Assembly (NCBI GenBank): GCA_964016885.1
Contig: OZ024740.1
Coordinates: 339,760,001-339,824,000, forward strand
Direction: 5' to 3'
Source of the DNA: Eledone cirrhosa
Lineage: Eukaryota
Length of the DNA stretch: 64,000 nt
The notes beneath the pieces are model-generated. The model had not been told where the DNA came from. It saw only the letters and a list, made by a program, of their open reading frames with translations, and searched no databases. A program made the position numbers and the translations under genes. This document shows, one piece after another, positions 42,498 to 56,095 of this stretch (position 1 is the first letter of the stretch; every line of letters begins with the position of its first letter).

Positions 42498-42835
42498 GGA
42501 GGCACATGGCTTAGTGGTTAGAGCATTGGCCTTGCAATCGAAAGGTTGTGAGTTCAATTCTCAGACCGGGTGATGTGTTGTTTCCTTGAGCAAGACACTT
42601 TATTTCACATTGCTCCAGTTTACTCAGCTGTAGAAATGACATGATAGGGACTGGGGTCCATATCACTCCACTGCAAAGTGGTCGTGGAGGTGCCACGGCA
42701 AAAAAGCACCCAGCATTCACTGCAAATGAGGTTGGTGTTAGGAAGGGCATCTAGCTGTAGAAATCAAGCCAGAATCAGTTCCCGTCCCACCCTTGCAAGC
42801 AGGGAAAAAGCGGACGTAAAATGATGATGATGATG
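42498..42835 (+). mobile_element. Full-length tRNA-derived SINE with RTE-like (GAT)n tail
   Basis: Box A TGGCTTAGTGG, box B GTTCAATTC, CORE-like CCTTGAGCAAGACACTT, and 3' TTAGGAAGGGCATC...GGACGTAAAA(TGA)n resembling the 3' end of the LINE at 33224. Confidence 0.88.
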
Positions 42836-43070
42836 AATGTATATATATATGTTGTTTTGGGGTAGTGTTTTCGATGCTCAGAGAGTGGAATTGGTCGAGT
42901 GCAAGACCTTTCCCCACTTAAAAAACCTTCAAAGCACAGGCAATGCTTGTTCAGGATCTGTTACAGGTTCGTGTGGCTGACCATAGCCTAAAAGTGCACC
43001 ATTTTCTATAATAATCTGACAAGTGATTGCAATACTCTTAGCAGAGTTTGCAGCCATCATATATATATAT

Positions 43071-44585
43071 AAGCATTGAAGTTTCCGTTGAAAATTGAAA
43101 AAGTCATAGGAGTGTAGAGTGCTCTATGTAAGTACCAGAGCAAAATGTAATGTATAATAAACAATACAATATAATTACCTCATTACCAGAGGTTTCCCGA
43201 ATAAGACGAATACGAAAAACGTCCTCATTCGTTCGTCGGACAAGGCAATTTAAAACATAGTGAAATATTTGAAAAGTCTCCTCAAGAAATGCAAGAATTC
43301 AACGGGCAAAAAATATAGAAATAAAAGTAATGCAAGAGATATATAAAGAAATAAGGAAATATAGTTAGGGTATGTGTATACATTCACAAATGTACATATG
43401 TGTGTATGTACAAATGCATGTGTATGGTGAAAATGTGTGCGTAAGTACATATATGAGGGCAAGTATATTTGTGTATATGCGACCACAAATACGTATATAA
43501 TATGAGTTGAAAAAGAAATTGTAAGATAATATAGTTAACACGCATCCAGATACAGGTATTAAATACACATACGAGTATGAAAGCAGGCGTATAAACACAC
43601 ACATGCGCGCGGTCACTTATATGCGGAAGATAAAGAGGGAAGGGAGTGTAATAGTAAAAAGAAGTATCATTCTCGATATATGTATAAAAATGAAACAATA
43701 TATGAGAATGAAATATTTTTTTAAATCAAAGAGAAAGTAATCAATTAACACTAGAGAAAAGAAAACAAACATAGGTACGCACGTACACACACATATATAT
43801 ATATAAAAGTATTTATACACACAAATACGTACAGACAAAAGCGCATGCATGCGTACATACATACACACGAGGCACGTATATATATATATATATATCGCCA
43901 CATGTATATCTAATCACACGTACGTACGCGACTATATATATATATATACATATATACATACACACCCATACATACATATACATATACACACATATGCATA
44001 CACATACATTCACCCGCATACACACACACGTATAAATAAGTATGTAAAAAACATAGATATAAAAACACACATACACACACATATATATACGTACGCGCGC
44101 ACACATACGGAGGCGTTCGTATACATATACAGAACGTATACACACATAAGCATACTCACACACATAGATACAGATTATAAACCAGACGTATGAATAAATG
44201 AGTACAAATATAAAATCGGCTGCGAAACAACAGAATATATCTGGAGTGGAAAACGCAAGTGACATGTGGTATCAGGTAGTGAAAGAAAATGGGGAAGTAA
44301 AATGTGGAATGTGAAGATATTAGGTAAGTGAATCGAAAAGTAGGGGGGTTACTGGTGGATGTGAAGTAAAAATAAAAATAAAATTAAAAATAAAGTTAAA
44401 AATGATAGTAAAATAGAAAGAGAAGTCTGTAAAGAGGATAATTTAAGGAAAGTGAAGAATAAGAGTTGATGGAGGATAAGTATCTGAAAGTGAGTTAAGT
44501 TTATATGAGCTGGAAAGCAAGTGTGATTTCATGTGTGGGCAACTGGTGAACATTTCTGTTTTTGTATTTAGGCAGGTTTTTGGTG

Positions 44586-44586
<1 letters not shown>
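43071..44586 (-). mobile_element. Non-coding CpG-richer insert between (TA)n tracts, probably Penelope-like pLTR/3' region
   Basis: Visibly more CpG than its flanks, (TA)n at both ends, and a hammerhead-like motif at ~43170-43250. Confidence 0.4.
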
Positions 44587-44616
<30 letters not shown>

Positions 44617-45317
44617 CACACATTCATACATGCATACATATATCTATGTGTGTGTGTGTGTGTGCTGTATGAATATTGTGTGCATGTAATGCATGTATGT
44701 ATGAATATATATGCATGTGTGTATTGAGCTAGGCTCTAGTAAGAAAGCTATCTTAATTGAAACAGGTAAAAGGTTGTTTATATGTCAGTAAAACAATGAT
44801 AAGTGCATCAATCACTCTCACAGGTTAACTATTGCAACATTGCATGAATATTGCACCATAGTAAACACAACTACTGCACATACTTTACATCGTATAACAC
44901 ATATACATACACACACATACTTTACATCGTATAACACATATACATACACACACACACATATATACATACACACACATACTTTACATCATATAACAAGACA
45001 TATTACTGACACACACACACATACGCATACACACACATACTTTACATCGTATAACAAGACATATTACTGACACACACACACATATGCATACACACACACA
45101 TATACATACACACACATACTTTACATCGTATAACAAGACATATTACTGACACACGCACATGCACATACACACACATACTTTATAATATCACAAACAAACA
45201 CACTAACACACATACACCTACATACTTTATATCACATACAATATATATTAATGCCATACTTAGACACACAGACACGTATGTTACATCATATATCAAGATA
45301 CATTATTAACACTCACT

Positions 45318-45505
45318 AGGGTGGTGGATTGCCAGTATCGGTAGAGGGTCGGACGCCATGCTTTGGCGCATAGAGTTACGGCCCTTGCCATTCTGAGTTC
45401 AAATCCCGCCGAGGTTAACTTTGCCTTTCATCCTTACGGGGTCGATAAAATAAAGTACCAGTAATACACTGGATAATTGCTGGCCTTGTGGCAAAAGTAG
45501 AAACA
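45318..45505 (+). mobile_element. Full-length SINE (Meta-domain-like core, by recall) with 16-bp TSD
   Basis: Box B GAGTTCAAATCCC and core TTTCATCCTTACGGGGTCGATAAAATAAAGTACCAG. TSD ATTATTAACACTCACT at 45302-45317 and 45506-45521. Confidence 0.9.
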
Positions 45506-45882
45506 ATTATTAACACTCACTCATACACAAACTTTATATCACGCACAAGACATATTATAAGCATAACATATACATATATACACACATTTATGTCACACAC
45601 AACACAGACACATACATACACTTACATCATACACTCAGACACATGTACATATTTACATCACACATTCACAGATACATACACACACTTAACATCACATAGA
45701 AGGCAGCAATTGCACACACAGACACACACACTTAGAAGGTAGCAATTACTTATGCACACATGCACTCACATCACACACATGCATACACACACACTTTACA
45801 TCACATTAAGTATAGCAATTTCATAAATACATGCACACACTTGCATCACACATTCACACACTTTACATCACATAAAGTATAG

Positions 45883-46626
45883 TTTTGGTGACAATTACAG
45901 TGAAGGAGGCAGAGGATTTGATGCAGGAGGTTGAGACTGTGTCAATGAGTGTGGGGCTGAGAATAAATGAGACTAAAACAAAATATCTGGTAGAGAATGT
46001 TGAGAAGCCAAAGAGGATCACTAATGTAGGCGGGAAGCCGCTAGAATTGGTTGAGGACTTCCTGTATTTGGGAGAAAAGATTGGGAATATGGAAGATGAT
46101 GTGGTTGAGAGGAAGAGCAAAGCCTGGGCGGTGTGCCACAGCTTGAGATCGGTGTGGAAGTCGGACCTTCGTAAAGACCTGAAAATCCGCCTCTTCATTG
46201 CTGTAGTGGAGTCTGTGCTGCTGTACGGGTTTGAGACTTGGACACTGACCAAGAAACTCACTCAGATGGTGGATGGGTGCTACACGAGAATGCTGAGGAT
46301 GGCTCTGAACATTAATCAGTATACACTGAGGATGAAAAACTCAGAGCTGTATGGGAGCCTCCCAAAAGTCAGCTCAAAAGTGACACGGAGGAGACTGAGG
46401 TTAGCTAGACATGCTCACCGACATCCAGAGTTTACACTGCAGTCAGTGCTCATGTAGGAGCCCCTACATGGACACACTGGAAGAGGAAGCCCAAGGTTAA
46501 CGTATGTTGATGCCCTAAGGAAAGACACTGGTCTGTTGGAGACGCAGAACATGGCAGTGATAATTAGGGACAGAGACCGCTGGAGAGAACTAGTCCATGG
46601 ATCTCGGGAATTTTACCCGCCCTAGA
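45883..46626 (+). mobile_element. 5'-truncated RTE LINE of a second family (RT C-terminal half)
   Basis: GLRINETKTK, EDFLYLG, VESVLLYGFETWTLT and RRRLRL motifs. A premature TAG at 46455 (probably TGG) is followed in frame by GRGSPRLTY..DRDRWRELV to TAG at 46623-46625. 9-bp TSD AAAGTATAG at 45874-45882 and 46627-46635. Confidence 0.9.
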
Positions 46627-46635
46627 AAAGTATAG

Positions 46636-46875
46636 CACACATTCACACACTTTACATCACATAAAGTATAGCACGTACACACTTACACACTTTACGTCAC
46701 ACATTCACACACTTTACATCACATAAAGTATAGCACTTACACACTTACACACTTTACATCACATATTCACACACTTTACATCACATAAAGTATAGCACTT
46801 ACACACTTACACACTTTACATCACACATTCACACACTTTACATCACATAAAGTATAGCACTTACACACTTACACA
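46636..46875. repeat. ~58-bp CA-rich minisatellite, the host site of the 45883 LINE
   Basis: CACATTCACACACTTTACATCACATAAAGTATAGCACTTACACACTTACACACTTTACATCA repeated. The same unit precedes the LINE at 45848-45882. Confidence 0.85.
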
Positions 46876-48289
46876 AACACACGTTTGTATCACACACTCA
46901 TTCATTCATTCATACACTCACACATACACATGCAAATATACACATTTACTCACATAATACCCACACACATACATCTACACACACAGCACAAACAATCCCA
47001 CAATATATGGATGATGGACAAAAATCAAATATTGCACACACACACATACACACACACACACACACATACACACACACATACACACACACACAAAACAGTT
47101 ATTACTCACATGTTTATACACATCTAACATACACACACAAATACACATACACACACACATACACACACACACACACATACACACAATTACTCACACATTT
47201 ATACACATACATTTAACATACACACACAAACACTCAATTGCATCGCAACCAAGACAACCTCATATCAAGCATGCACCAAACATCATAGACAAAGATCAAC
47301 TATTGTATACAGCTACACACACATACACACACACATGCACACACATACATACACATACATACACACACACAAACACACACACACACACTTTACATAGTTA
47401 TTTAGATTCACAAACTAGACTCCTGATATACTTTCATTAAAAAGATCAACATGTCCTGATTCTTGACACCAGTCTATCTCCTTAAAATGTAGTTTGGGGT
47501 ACAAGCATGGCTCAGTGGTTGAGAAGTTGGTTTAGCAATCATGAGATCGTGGGTTTCATCCCACTCCAAGGTATCTTGGAACAACCAAATACTCATCAAT
47601 GAAACTGACGGTAGATACATCATCAGTTCTAGATATACAGTGCCTGAGAGAAGTACAGAGTATCTTGGCTGGAAGGCAAAGCCTTGATCATAAATCTGCT
47701 AGAGCGGGGTTGACTTAGCGTTAAACAAGAGAATCAAACCCAAAACAAAATTATCACCTGTATGTTATTATATCACATTTTCTTTGAGAACTAAGATTTC
47801 TTGCTTTTGCTTGTTTGGGGTTTTGTTGTAGATGGGTTTTTTTGTTTTTTTTTTGGTGATTTTAGGGGTGGTGAGAGGGGTCTAGATTTTAACACCCCGT
47901 TTTCTAGATTGTAACTCAGTTGATTATGGATTTTTCACTTCCTGTAGAGCCTTCATATGTCTTGTGAGACTATGGATCTACACCTCAAAAGTTCCTTTCA
48001 AGGTGTAGGCCTACATGGAGTTTTTATGGAAGACCAGTATTTGCCCATGCAAGCAAATCTCCATTCTTGACGCACCAATGTTCATCATCATCATCATCAC
48101 ATCCGTTTTTCCTTGCTTGCATAAGTTGTTGTCCAAGGGAAAAGCAAAGGCTGATACAGCTTGGAACTAGTCTCATCACATGCATTGCCATCAGAACACA
48201 AAGCGTCAGAGCAGCTAACACAATGTATTCTGACATGGGTTTGATCCTGGGTTTACTGCATAAGAACTGATCTGTGGCTAAGCAACAAC

Positions 48290-49942
48290 AATAACAATGA
48301 AAGGTACATTAGATAATGTGGTTCTAGATAGATATCTGAATTAAAGAGGACATGGTCTCAGCTGGAAACCTTTGATTATAGGTCTATTTGACTGGGATTA
48401 ACCTAAAGTTAAACAACAATAACATCAGGAAGGAAGGTCATGTTAGCTAAACTAATCTTAGATCTGGAATTCCTTTGACCACAGTTTTGCTAAATCAGGA
48501 CTAACTTTATGCTAAACAATAATGAAGGTTACATTAGACAATGTAGTTATATACTCAGTATGAATGAATAAAAGAAAAGGTCACAGCTGGAACATCCTTG
48601 ATCATAGATTTGTTGGATCAGCAGTGATCTGTAGTTAATCCCTTCATAGCTGCATTTCTCTCATGAAATACACTGAATGTGTTTCAATTGATTTTGAAAA
48701 TTAAGATGGCCTTTGTAAAATAACATTTTCATTAATTTGGTGTTAAGAACCTAACAACAAAGTTCTTACATAAAATTATGATGGAAGGTTTTGATTTAAA
48801 TATTAGTTCTTTGAAATGGATTAGTTTTATCATAGACAAGAAGCAGGTTGGAATCAAAAGGGTTAAACAATAACAATGAATGTTACATTAAATAATATAG
48901 TTGTATAGAAAGTATGCTACATTTTAATAAATGGTGGGATGATCCCAGCAGGAACATTTTTAATCATTGGTTTGCTAGATGAGGGTTGATTAGAGGTGAA
49001 ACAACAACAAAGGTCACATTAAATAATGTAATCATGTACACAGCAGTACACATGAATAAAAGAGATGGTCACAGCTGGAATATTTTGATCATAAGTCTCC
49101 TGGATCAGAGCTGATCTAAAGTTAAACCTTATTGTTATCCTATTTCTAACGAAAAAAAACTGCTTTGGGCTTTCAAATAATGTTCAAAATAATCAAACAT
49201 TTATGCAGATTTAGTAATATAACTAACATTCTCAGGAGTAACCCTCTCATTAATATATTTCTAATGAACAACACTGCTTATGATTTTCAAATAATTTTGA
49301 AAATAATCAAGAATTTGAAGGAATTTACTAATATAACTAATTTTCTCATTATTAAGCTGGTTTTTTAGACATAACAAAGGTTCTTACAAAAGGTTATGAT
49401 GGAAGGTTTTTAGATAAATACAAATACTTTAAAACAAAATTTTATATCATAGAACAACAGTTAGTTTCATATGATTTATTATTGAAAGCGTTTGGAGCTA
49501 GTATTTGGAGCATAACTTAAAAGATTCTGACATAAAATTATGATGGAAGGTTTTTAGATAAACATAAACACTTTAAAACCGAAAGTTTTGTATCATAGAA
49601 CCAAGGGTGGTTTAGTACCAAAATGTTTAATAACACTAATGACGTTTGGTCACATTAAATCTGTATTCCTCAAGGTTTGGTGTGGCAATATTTTAGTGGG
49701 ACATTGAACTTCAGAATGGGGCATATAAATTATTCTATATACCAATTTTGTCTGATCATGGTAGGACTCTAGTTACTGTTTTTTTTTATGTATGGTGGGT
49801 GTACAGAAGGTTGAGAAACACTACAGTAGATAATGTAGTTGTATGCTCAGCATGTTATGTCTGAGATGGTCACAACTAGAACATCTTTAATCATAAGTCT
49901 ACTGAAACAGGGCTGACCTGGGGTTAAACAACAACAACAGCA
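48290..49942 (+). repeat. Head-to-tail array of a ~120-bp (AAC)n-tailed repeat, interrupted by MITEs
   Basis: Recurrent CATTAGATAATGT..GGTCACAGCTGGAA..GATCAT..GATCAG..TGACCT..TAAACAACAAC. Dispersed longer copies at ~14460-14880 and ~54370-54525. Confidence 0.65.
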
Positions 49943-50639
49943 CCAACTAGTGTTATTAAGTACTCAGCTACTTTATACTACAATGCTGTATGAAGTCCCT
50001 GAATGCCATTATATGATGCTACACTCTTTGATCTCCATTAGAAGGTAAACAATGGAGATTTGCTCATCATGAAAGCAGATTCTCCAGAATTTATTCTAAA
50101 ACACTTTCAGTTTCAATTCTCCTCACTTGTTTGCTGCAAGAATTGTTTTATTTCTATATCGGTGTGGTTGCATCTATGTGTGTGTGTATATATGTGTTGG
50201 TGTGTGCAGTTGTGTTTATATATGTTTTGTGTATTTGTTTATATAATGTGGTTGCGTGTGAATGTTTCTTTGTGTGTTATACATGTATGAGTCTACATAT
50301 GTGTGTGTGCATTTTTGTAATAGGCATATGCATGTTTATTTCATCAGGTGAATGTGTCTGTGTGTATTATCATAAGTGTATGTGTGTGGTAATGAGTGTG
50401 TGTGCGGTAATGAGTGTGTGTGCATTTGGTTGTGTGCATGTTTATTTCATTGGGTGTATATGTATGGTTCTGTGTGATTGTGTGTATGTAGTTGCATTAT
50501 TATATCAGTGTATATTTATGCAAGGTAATCTATATATGCATTAAAGAAATTCTGGGAGATATTACCTTTGCTGGTAACGAAGGGATTTTCTATTTTTCTC
50601 TCTCCCTCGTCACCCCCCTCTCTCTTTCTCACTCTCTCA

Positions 50640-51122
50640 GATTGTATGATGCTTGTGTATATAGTGTAATGTTGCATGGAGTGAGAATGGGCATTGAAAG
50701 CAAAGGTTGGAAACAAACAAATCAAAAATGCTTCGTTGGAAGGGTAACATTAGTGTTGTTAAACAATGAAGTACAGGTGTGTTGAGAAAAAAACTGGGTA
50801 TAGGAATAATCAGATGATGGGTGCGAGAGAGAAACTGCTCTAGTATGAACATGCAATGTGTATAGATGATGACAGCTGCATGAAAAAAAAAAATTGCCAG
50901 GATTTCCATGTGGAAGAAAGCCGTGGAAGAAGAAGACCTAGGAGAATATAAGCAGATGTGGTAACAGCTGATCTCATAATGCTAAACCTCATAAAGAAGA
51001 AGACAAATGAATGCAACAAGTGACAAGAAGCTGTTCTAGAAAGGATCTATCCAACCCATCCAAACATGGGTGGGGAAAAAAAAAAGATATATAATTGATG
51101 ATGATGATGATGATGATGATGA
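50640..51122 (+). mobile_element. Highly degenerate RTE LINE 3' portion with (GAT)n tail
   Basis: RLYDACVYSVMLHG parallels RLYDACIRTAMLHG of the 33224 LINE. A GR.RP-like segment lies near 50925, followed by the (GAT)n tail. Confidence 0.6.
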
Positions 51123-51150
51123 CAGTGGCAACAAAAATAATTGTGATAAT

Positions 51151-51364
51151 TTCTGATTTAGGCATAAGGCCAGCAATTTGATTGGGAGGGGAAATCGATT
51201 AAATCAACCCCAGTGCATTACTGGTACTTTATTTTATCGACCCCATAAGGATGAAAGACAAAGCTAACCTCGGCAGGATTTGAACTCAGAACGTAAGGGC
51301 CGTAACTCTATGCCATGAAGCATGGTATCCGACACTCTACCGATACTGCCAATCCCTTGCCCTT
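51151..51364 (-). mobile_element. Full-length SINE (45318 family)
   Basis: TSD ATTGTGATAAT at 51140-51150 and 51365-51375. A second truncated copy follows at ~51436-51545. Confidence 0.85.
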
Positions 51365-53798
51365 ATTGTGATAATAATAATTATTATTTCTGTTTAAGTC
51401 TATACATGTTTCACTATATGTAGAACTATGTATATAATTGTTTCTACTTTTGGCACAAGGCCAGCAAATACCCAGTGCATTACTGGTACTTTATTTTATC
51501 GACCCCCGTAAGGATGAAAGCAAAGTTAACCTCGGCGGGATTCGAATGAATGTTTGTTTCTAATTGTGTGCAGATGTTTGTGCATGTATATATGTATGTG
51601 CAAGTGTGCATGTATGTATTTATGTATGTGTGTGTATATATGTGCAAGTATACACATGTATATGAATGTGTTATATTTAGAATTGTCTCTTTATCAGCCT
51701 CCACGTGATTGTGTGTAGTTCTGTTATGTATATCTATATGTGTTTTGTTTGTTAGTTTTCATGTATTTCCATATGTATACGTGAGAGTATGTGTGTGCAT
51801 TTGTGTGTATATGTGGGTGTTCTGCTTGTCATTGTTCCTATAAATGTCTGTACGCGTGTGTGTGTGTGTGTGGTAATGAGTGTGTGTGTGTGGTAATGAG
51901 TGTGTGTGCATTTAGTTGTGTGCATGTTTATTTCATTGGGTGTATAATGTATGGTTCTGTGTGATTGTGTGTATGTAGTTGCATTAGTATATTCATGTGT
52001 ATTCATGTTTGTGTGTTTGTCTGTGTATGGTTACATATCTCTGTATATGTGTGTGGTTTTTCAGTATGCATGTTCTGTTAGTGTTCATGTAAGTGTGTCA
52101 TAAAATCTATGAATAATACCATTAGTCTCAGTGAAGAGATTTAAGTTCCCATCACCAATAAAATCTCCAGAAATTGTAGCCATTCTCTTGTATCTTTACA
52201 GTATTATCTCATTTATAATCCACAATTGTACAATGTTTCCAACATCTATAGTTGCATTCTTTGACTGGCTGTAGCAGACATTTCCGTGCTATCATCTGAG
52301 CACATTTTAACATGTTTTATTAATTTTGGAAGGAATTTTTTTCCATCTAATTTGACTACAAATGAAGAGAAAAACAAAATATAAATAACTAAATAAATAA
52401 AAATAGTTACAATATCAAATTAAATTCACAGGAATATTTGTTGGTCCCAGAATATTTTTCACAAATTTGTGATTCATGGGAGATAATATGATCAGTGTTT
52501 AGCATCACTAAATGTTCAATCAAGCGGCAGTAGTTAGATCTTCTAGTAAATAGTCCTATCTTTGTAGCAATCTGTATAATACTATAGAACCATCATCTAT
52601 TTATCTTTACAAACACCATGTACCTCAGCCAACAATATGGACAATTTCTAGCATTGTCTCTTTGAACATACTTATTTTTTTATTTTCCTTCACCAAAAAA
52701 AAAAGACTTGAATAACTTCACATTCACACATACACATACGCATGCACACACACACATGCTAGCACACACATACACACATGCACACTTATACCCCAAACAA
52801 CTGAGCCTTGTAAAATGACAATGAACATAGTCAAGATGGTTAATAATGATTTGTTTGCAAGACTGGAGACTGATAAAGTAGTTTTCCAGTACAGATTATA
52901 ACAGTATGCTCTCAAAAAAAGCCTGAAGTACCATAATCTGTATGTTTACTGGCCAATTCATATTCTCTACAAAACACTGCTACTACAGCCATCACTCATA
53001 ATTGAGTATGACTTGGTAGTATGTACTACAGTTTTGATAAGTTTTAGGTGTCTATAATATCACAAGTAGACACATACATGCACACACACAGAGACACTCT
53101 CTTAAGCCTCCCTCCTTGATCCAGCAGAACATTCAGGATGTAATAGCTTGAAAGAAAAAGGAGCTGCACTAACACTCGACTGGTTCTTTCTTTATTGACC
53201 CCAAAAGGATGAAAGGTAAAACTGTACCTCAGCAGGATTTTAACTCAGAATACAGAGAGCCAGAACAAATATACAACACCCTAATGACACTGCAAAATCC
53301 ATCAACATACAGTGTCAAATTAAGACATAAACTAAACAAGCTAAAGCTTAGAGCTTCACAATCTGTCAAGGCTTCAAAATAATTAAAAGGCCTTTATGAT
53401 TTCAATTTTTGTAAGACCTAGTGTAATTTTTTAACAAGGGGCCTCTATCCAGTACTGTCTCTATACCAATGATTCCCAAAATAAGTACTACTACTCTCTG
53501 GGGACACTGGATGGCCCAAGATGAGTCTTGAAAGGCAACAGGATGATAGAGGGTTTAGTGGAAGGCAAAGAATACAAACTAGTGGTTGCTTGTAAAACTA
53601 TCACCTTTACTTATTTAATAAATACTTAAATAAAATTTAGAAAATTATCAAAATACTATTTTCAATGTACATTTATTGATCAACTTTACAGTGGGATGAG
53701 CTGATGAAATATATTCTCTAAAACGACTGGTAGTCAAAAACCTCTGCTCTGTACTATGAGAATGATCAATCAGAAGATAGCCATGCTCCCTGTATGAT

Positions 53799-53915
53799 CT
53801 GAGTTCAAATCCCGCTGAGGTTAACTTTGCCTTTCATTCTTCCGGGGTCGATAGAATAAAGTACCAGTAATGCATTGGGTAATTGCTGGCCTTGTGCCAA
53901 AAGTAGAAACAATTA
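53799..53915 (+). mobile_element. Truncated SINE (45318 family)
   Basis: CTGAGTTCAAATCCCGCTGAGG..GCCTTGTGCCAAAAGTAGAAACAATTAT. Older copies occur at ~5110-5255, ~15110-15440, ~19995-20510, ~35995-36440, ~37340-37530, ~53175-53300 and ~54060-54200. Confidence 0.8.
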
Positions 53916-55834
53916 TTAATACTATCTGCTGGACGCAACTCCTGGCAGAAGTGTAACCTTGATAACAGGGGGTCAGATTTGAACTCAGAATCCATAGAAA
54001 TAGAATAGATACTATAAAGCATCCTAGTTGACACTAACATTTCTGCCAAACCACTGCATCTGGACGGGTACTTTATTTATCAACCCTAAAAAGATGAAAG
54101 GCAAAATTGATCTTGCCAGAATTTGAACGCAGAATGCAGAAAACCAGAACAAATACTGGGAAGTATTTTTTCTAATACTCTAACAACTCTATCAGTTTGC
54201 TACTTACTCTAACTTAAAGTTATCAACAGACCTTACGTGCTCATCATCAATAATAACAATGATCTGATTTGAAAGCTTCAAACTAATACCAAAATCCCAA
54301 AACAATGTTTCTTGGATCTACCCCATTCTATAACACTGATTACCAATGAGAAAGGGAGTTCTTACACAGGCGCTTGATCTGCTACAAATAGCAGTTAAAT
54401 CTGCCTTAAATCATGCCCTACCATCTTAAAAGAGGAAAGACACATTAGATAATGTAATCTTATATCTAAAGAAAAAAGATATGATTCATGGCTGGAGTGT
54501 TTTTGATTATAGGTCTAATGACCTGGTCTCAATAGTATTTTGATTTTATTTACGGAGGCAAAGTGGCAGAGTATTAGAGCATAGGACTTACAGTTGTTCT
54601 CTACACTCTGTGTTCAAACCTTGCTGAGATCAGATCAGTGGATTGATAAAATTGTGACAATGTTATTTGTTATAAACTTTTATGTTCTAAGCTCAAATCC
54701 TTGTGTATACAACATGGTGGTGTAGACTTAGTCTGTCAGTTTAACATCACAAGATGGCCCTTGGGTGCCTTTAGCAAAGCCCACTCTCTTACAAGCATTC
54801 AACGAGATCTTTGTTTTTAGGTCACCTTCCTCCCTCTCCAGTTTTGTAGACTCTGAAAAGTGTCATGGACACTGCTTTTTCCTCTCTTACCAAACAGTTA
54901 AAAAAAACATTTCAATGTGACTTGATGACTTTGAGGACCTGTTTTGAAAGCATATGACACATAACACACCATAATTACTTGCATTTTAATAACACTTAGA
55001 ATAGTTCTAATGCCTCTTAATAGCAATTATTTGCCAAACATCTAAAGAAGTCTAAACCTTAGATATAAGCTATTTAACAATCACATAATGACTAAGACTT
55101 TTGAAGTTTTTACTTCATTACAATATCCAATCATTTCTTTATCGTGGTTCTCAATCATTCCTCACTCAAAACAAATAATGAAGCTAAATAGTGAGATTGA
55201 TTATTTTATTGCAGCGATACCTTAGAAAATAGCTTTTAAGCTTTTATAATTGAAAATTTTGAGGTCAAATTAAGCCTAATAATAAAATAAACAGACAACA
55301 GAGTAGTCATTAACATATAAAAAATATGTTTTGATCCTTTATCTGACTACCTTTACTTTTTAAAATGATTTTTAATGGTTTTCTACTTCCTTTGTTTCAT
55401 GATATTATAAGCTGTATAAATCTTCTGAAATATTTGTTTGAATTTTTAGACTAAGGGTATTTTTACAATTCACTGCCTTTCCTAAGATTAACTATTCAAC
55501 TGTATAGCAGATGTATTGCTTATTTTCAGCTAAGTAAAATAGGCAAATAATGTACTGTGCTTTCAAGCCTAAATTTCTTTTTGTGTTTGTATATGCACAT
55601 GTGTGTACATTCTTGTGATAGAAGAAAGAATACAGCCATCAACTATAGCTAAAACTATATTCTTGTTGCTTAATACGGTACATTGAGGCTGAAAATATTT
55701 TTCTTTTAAATTCTCTTAGAGTCTATTGCTGATATATTCTCAAATCGCTAGTTGTTTGTTAGGTTTCATATTTTTGTGGGAATTATGTCTTTACCCCTTT
55801 TTCAAATTTATGGAAACCATTACCATATATAGAA

Positions 55835-56095
55835 TCTCAGTGACTGCTTAGTGCTTGGGGGGTTCAGATTGTGATCATAAGATTGTTAGTTCAATTCCTG
55901 GCTGTGTATTATGTCCTTGAGCAAGAAACTTTATTCTACATTACTCCAGTCCACTCAGCTCGCAAAAACAAGTTATACATGACACAATATATCATTCTGA
56001 ATCTCTTTGCGAATGTTGTTAAAGTTCTGTAGAATGCTCAGCCACTTGCACATTAATTTCACTAGTAGGCTATTCCATTGATCAAACAACTAGAA
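55835..56095 (+). mobile_element. Degenerate SINE of the 790-1118 family
   Basis: GTCCTTGAGCAAGAAACTTTATT..CTCCAGTCCACTCAGC..GCTCAGCCACTTGCACATTAATTTCAC. Confidence 0.7.

Noticed and set aside
42498-42570. tRNA-like sequence with box A and box B
   Set aside because: It is a SINE head that continues into the SINE body and lacks a proper acceptor stem.
47948-48002. Possible next exon (acceptor-like cttcctgtag, open phase-2 frame)
   Set aside because: The peptide AFICLVRLWIYTSKVPFK does not fit a YWTD repeat and the donor is poor.
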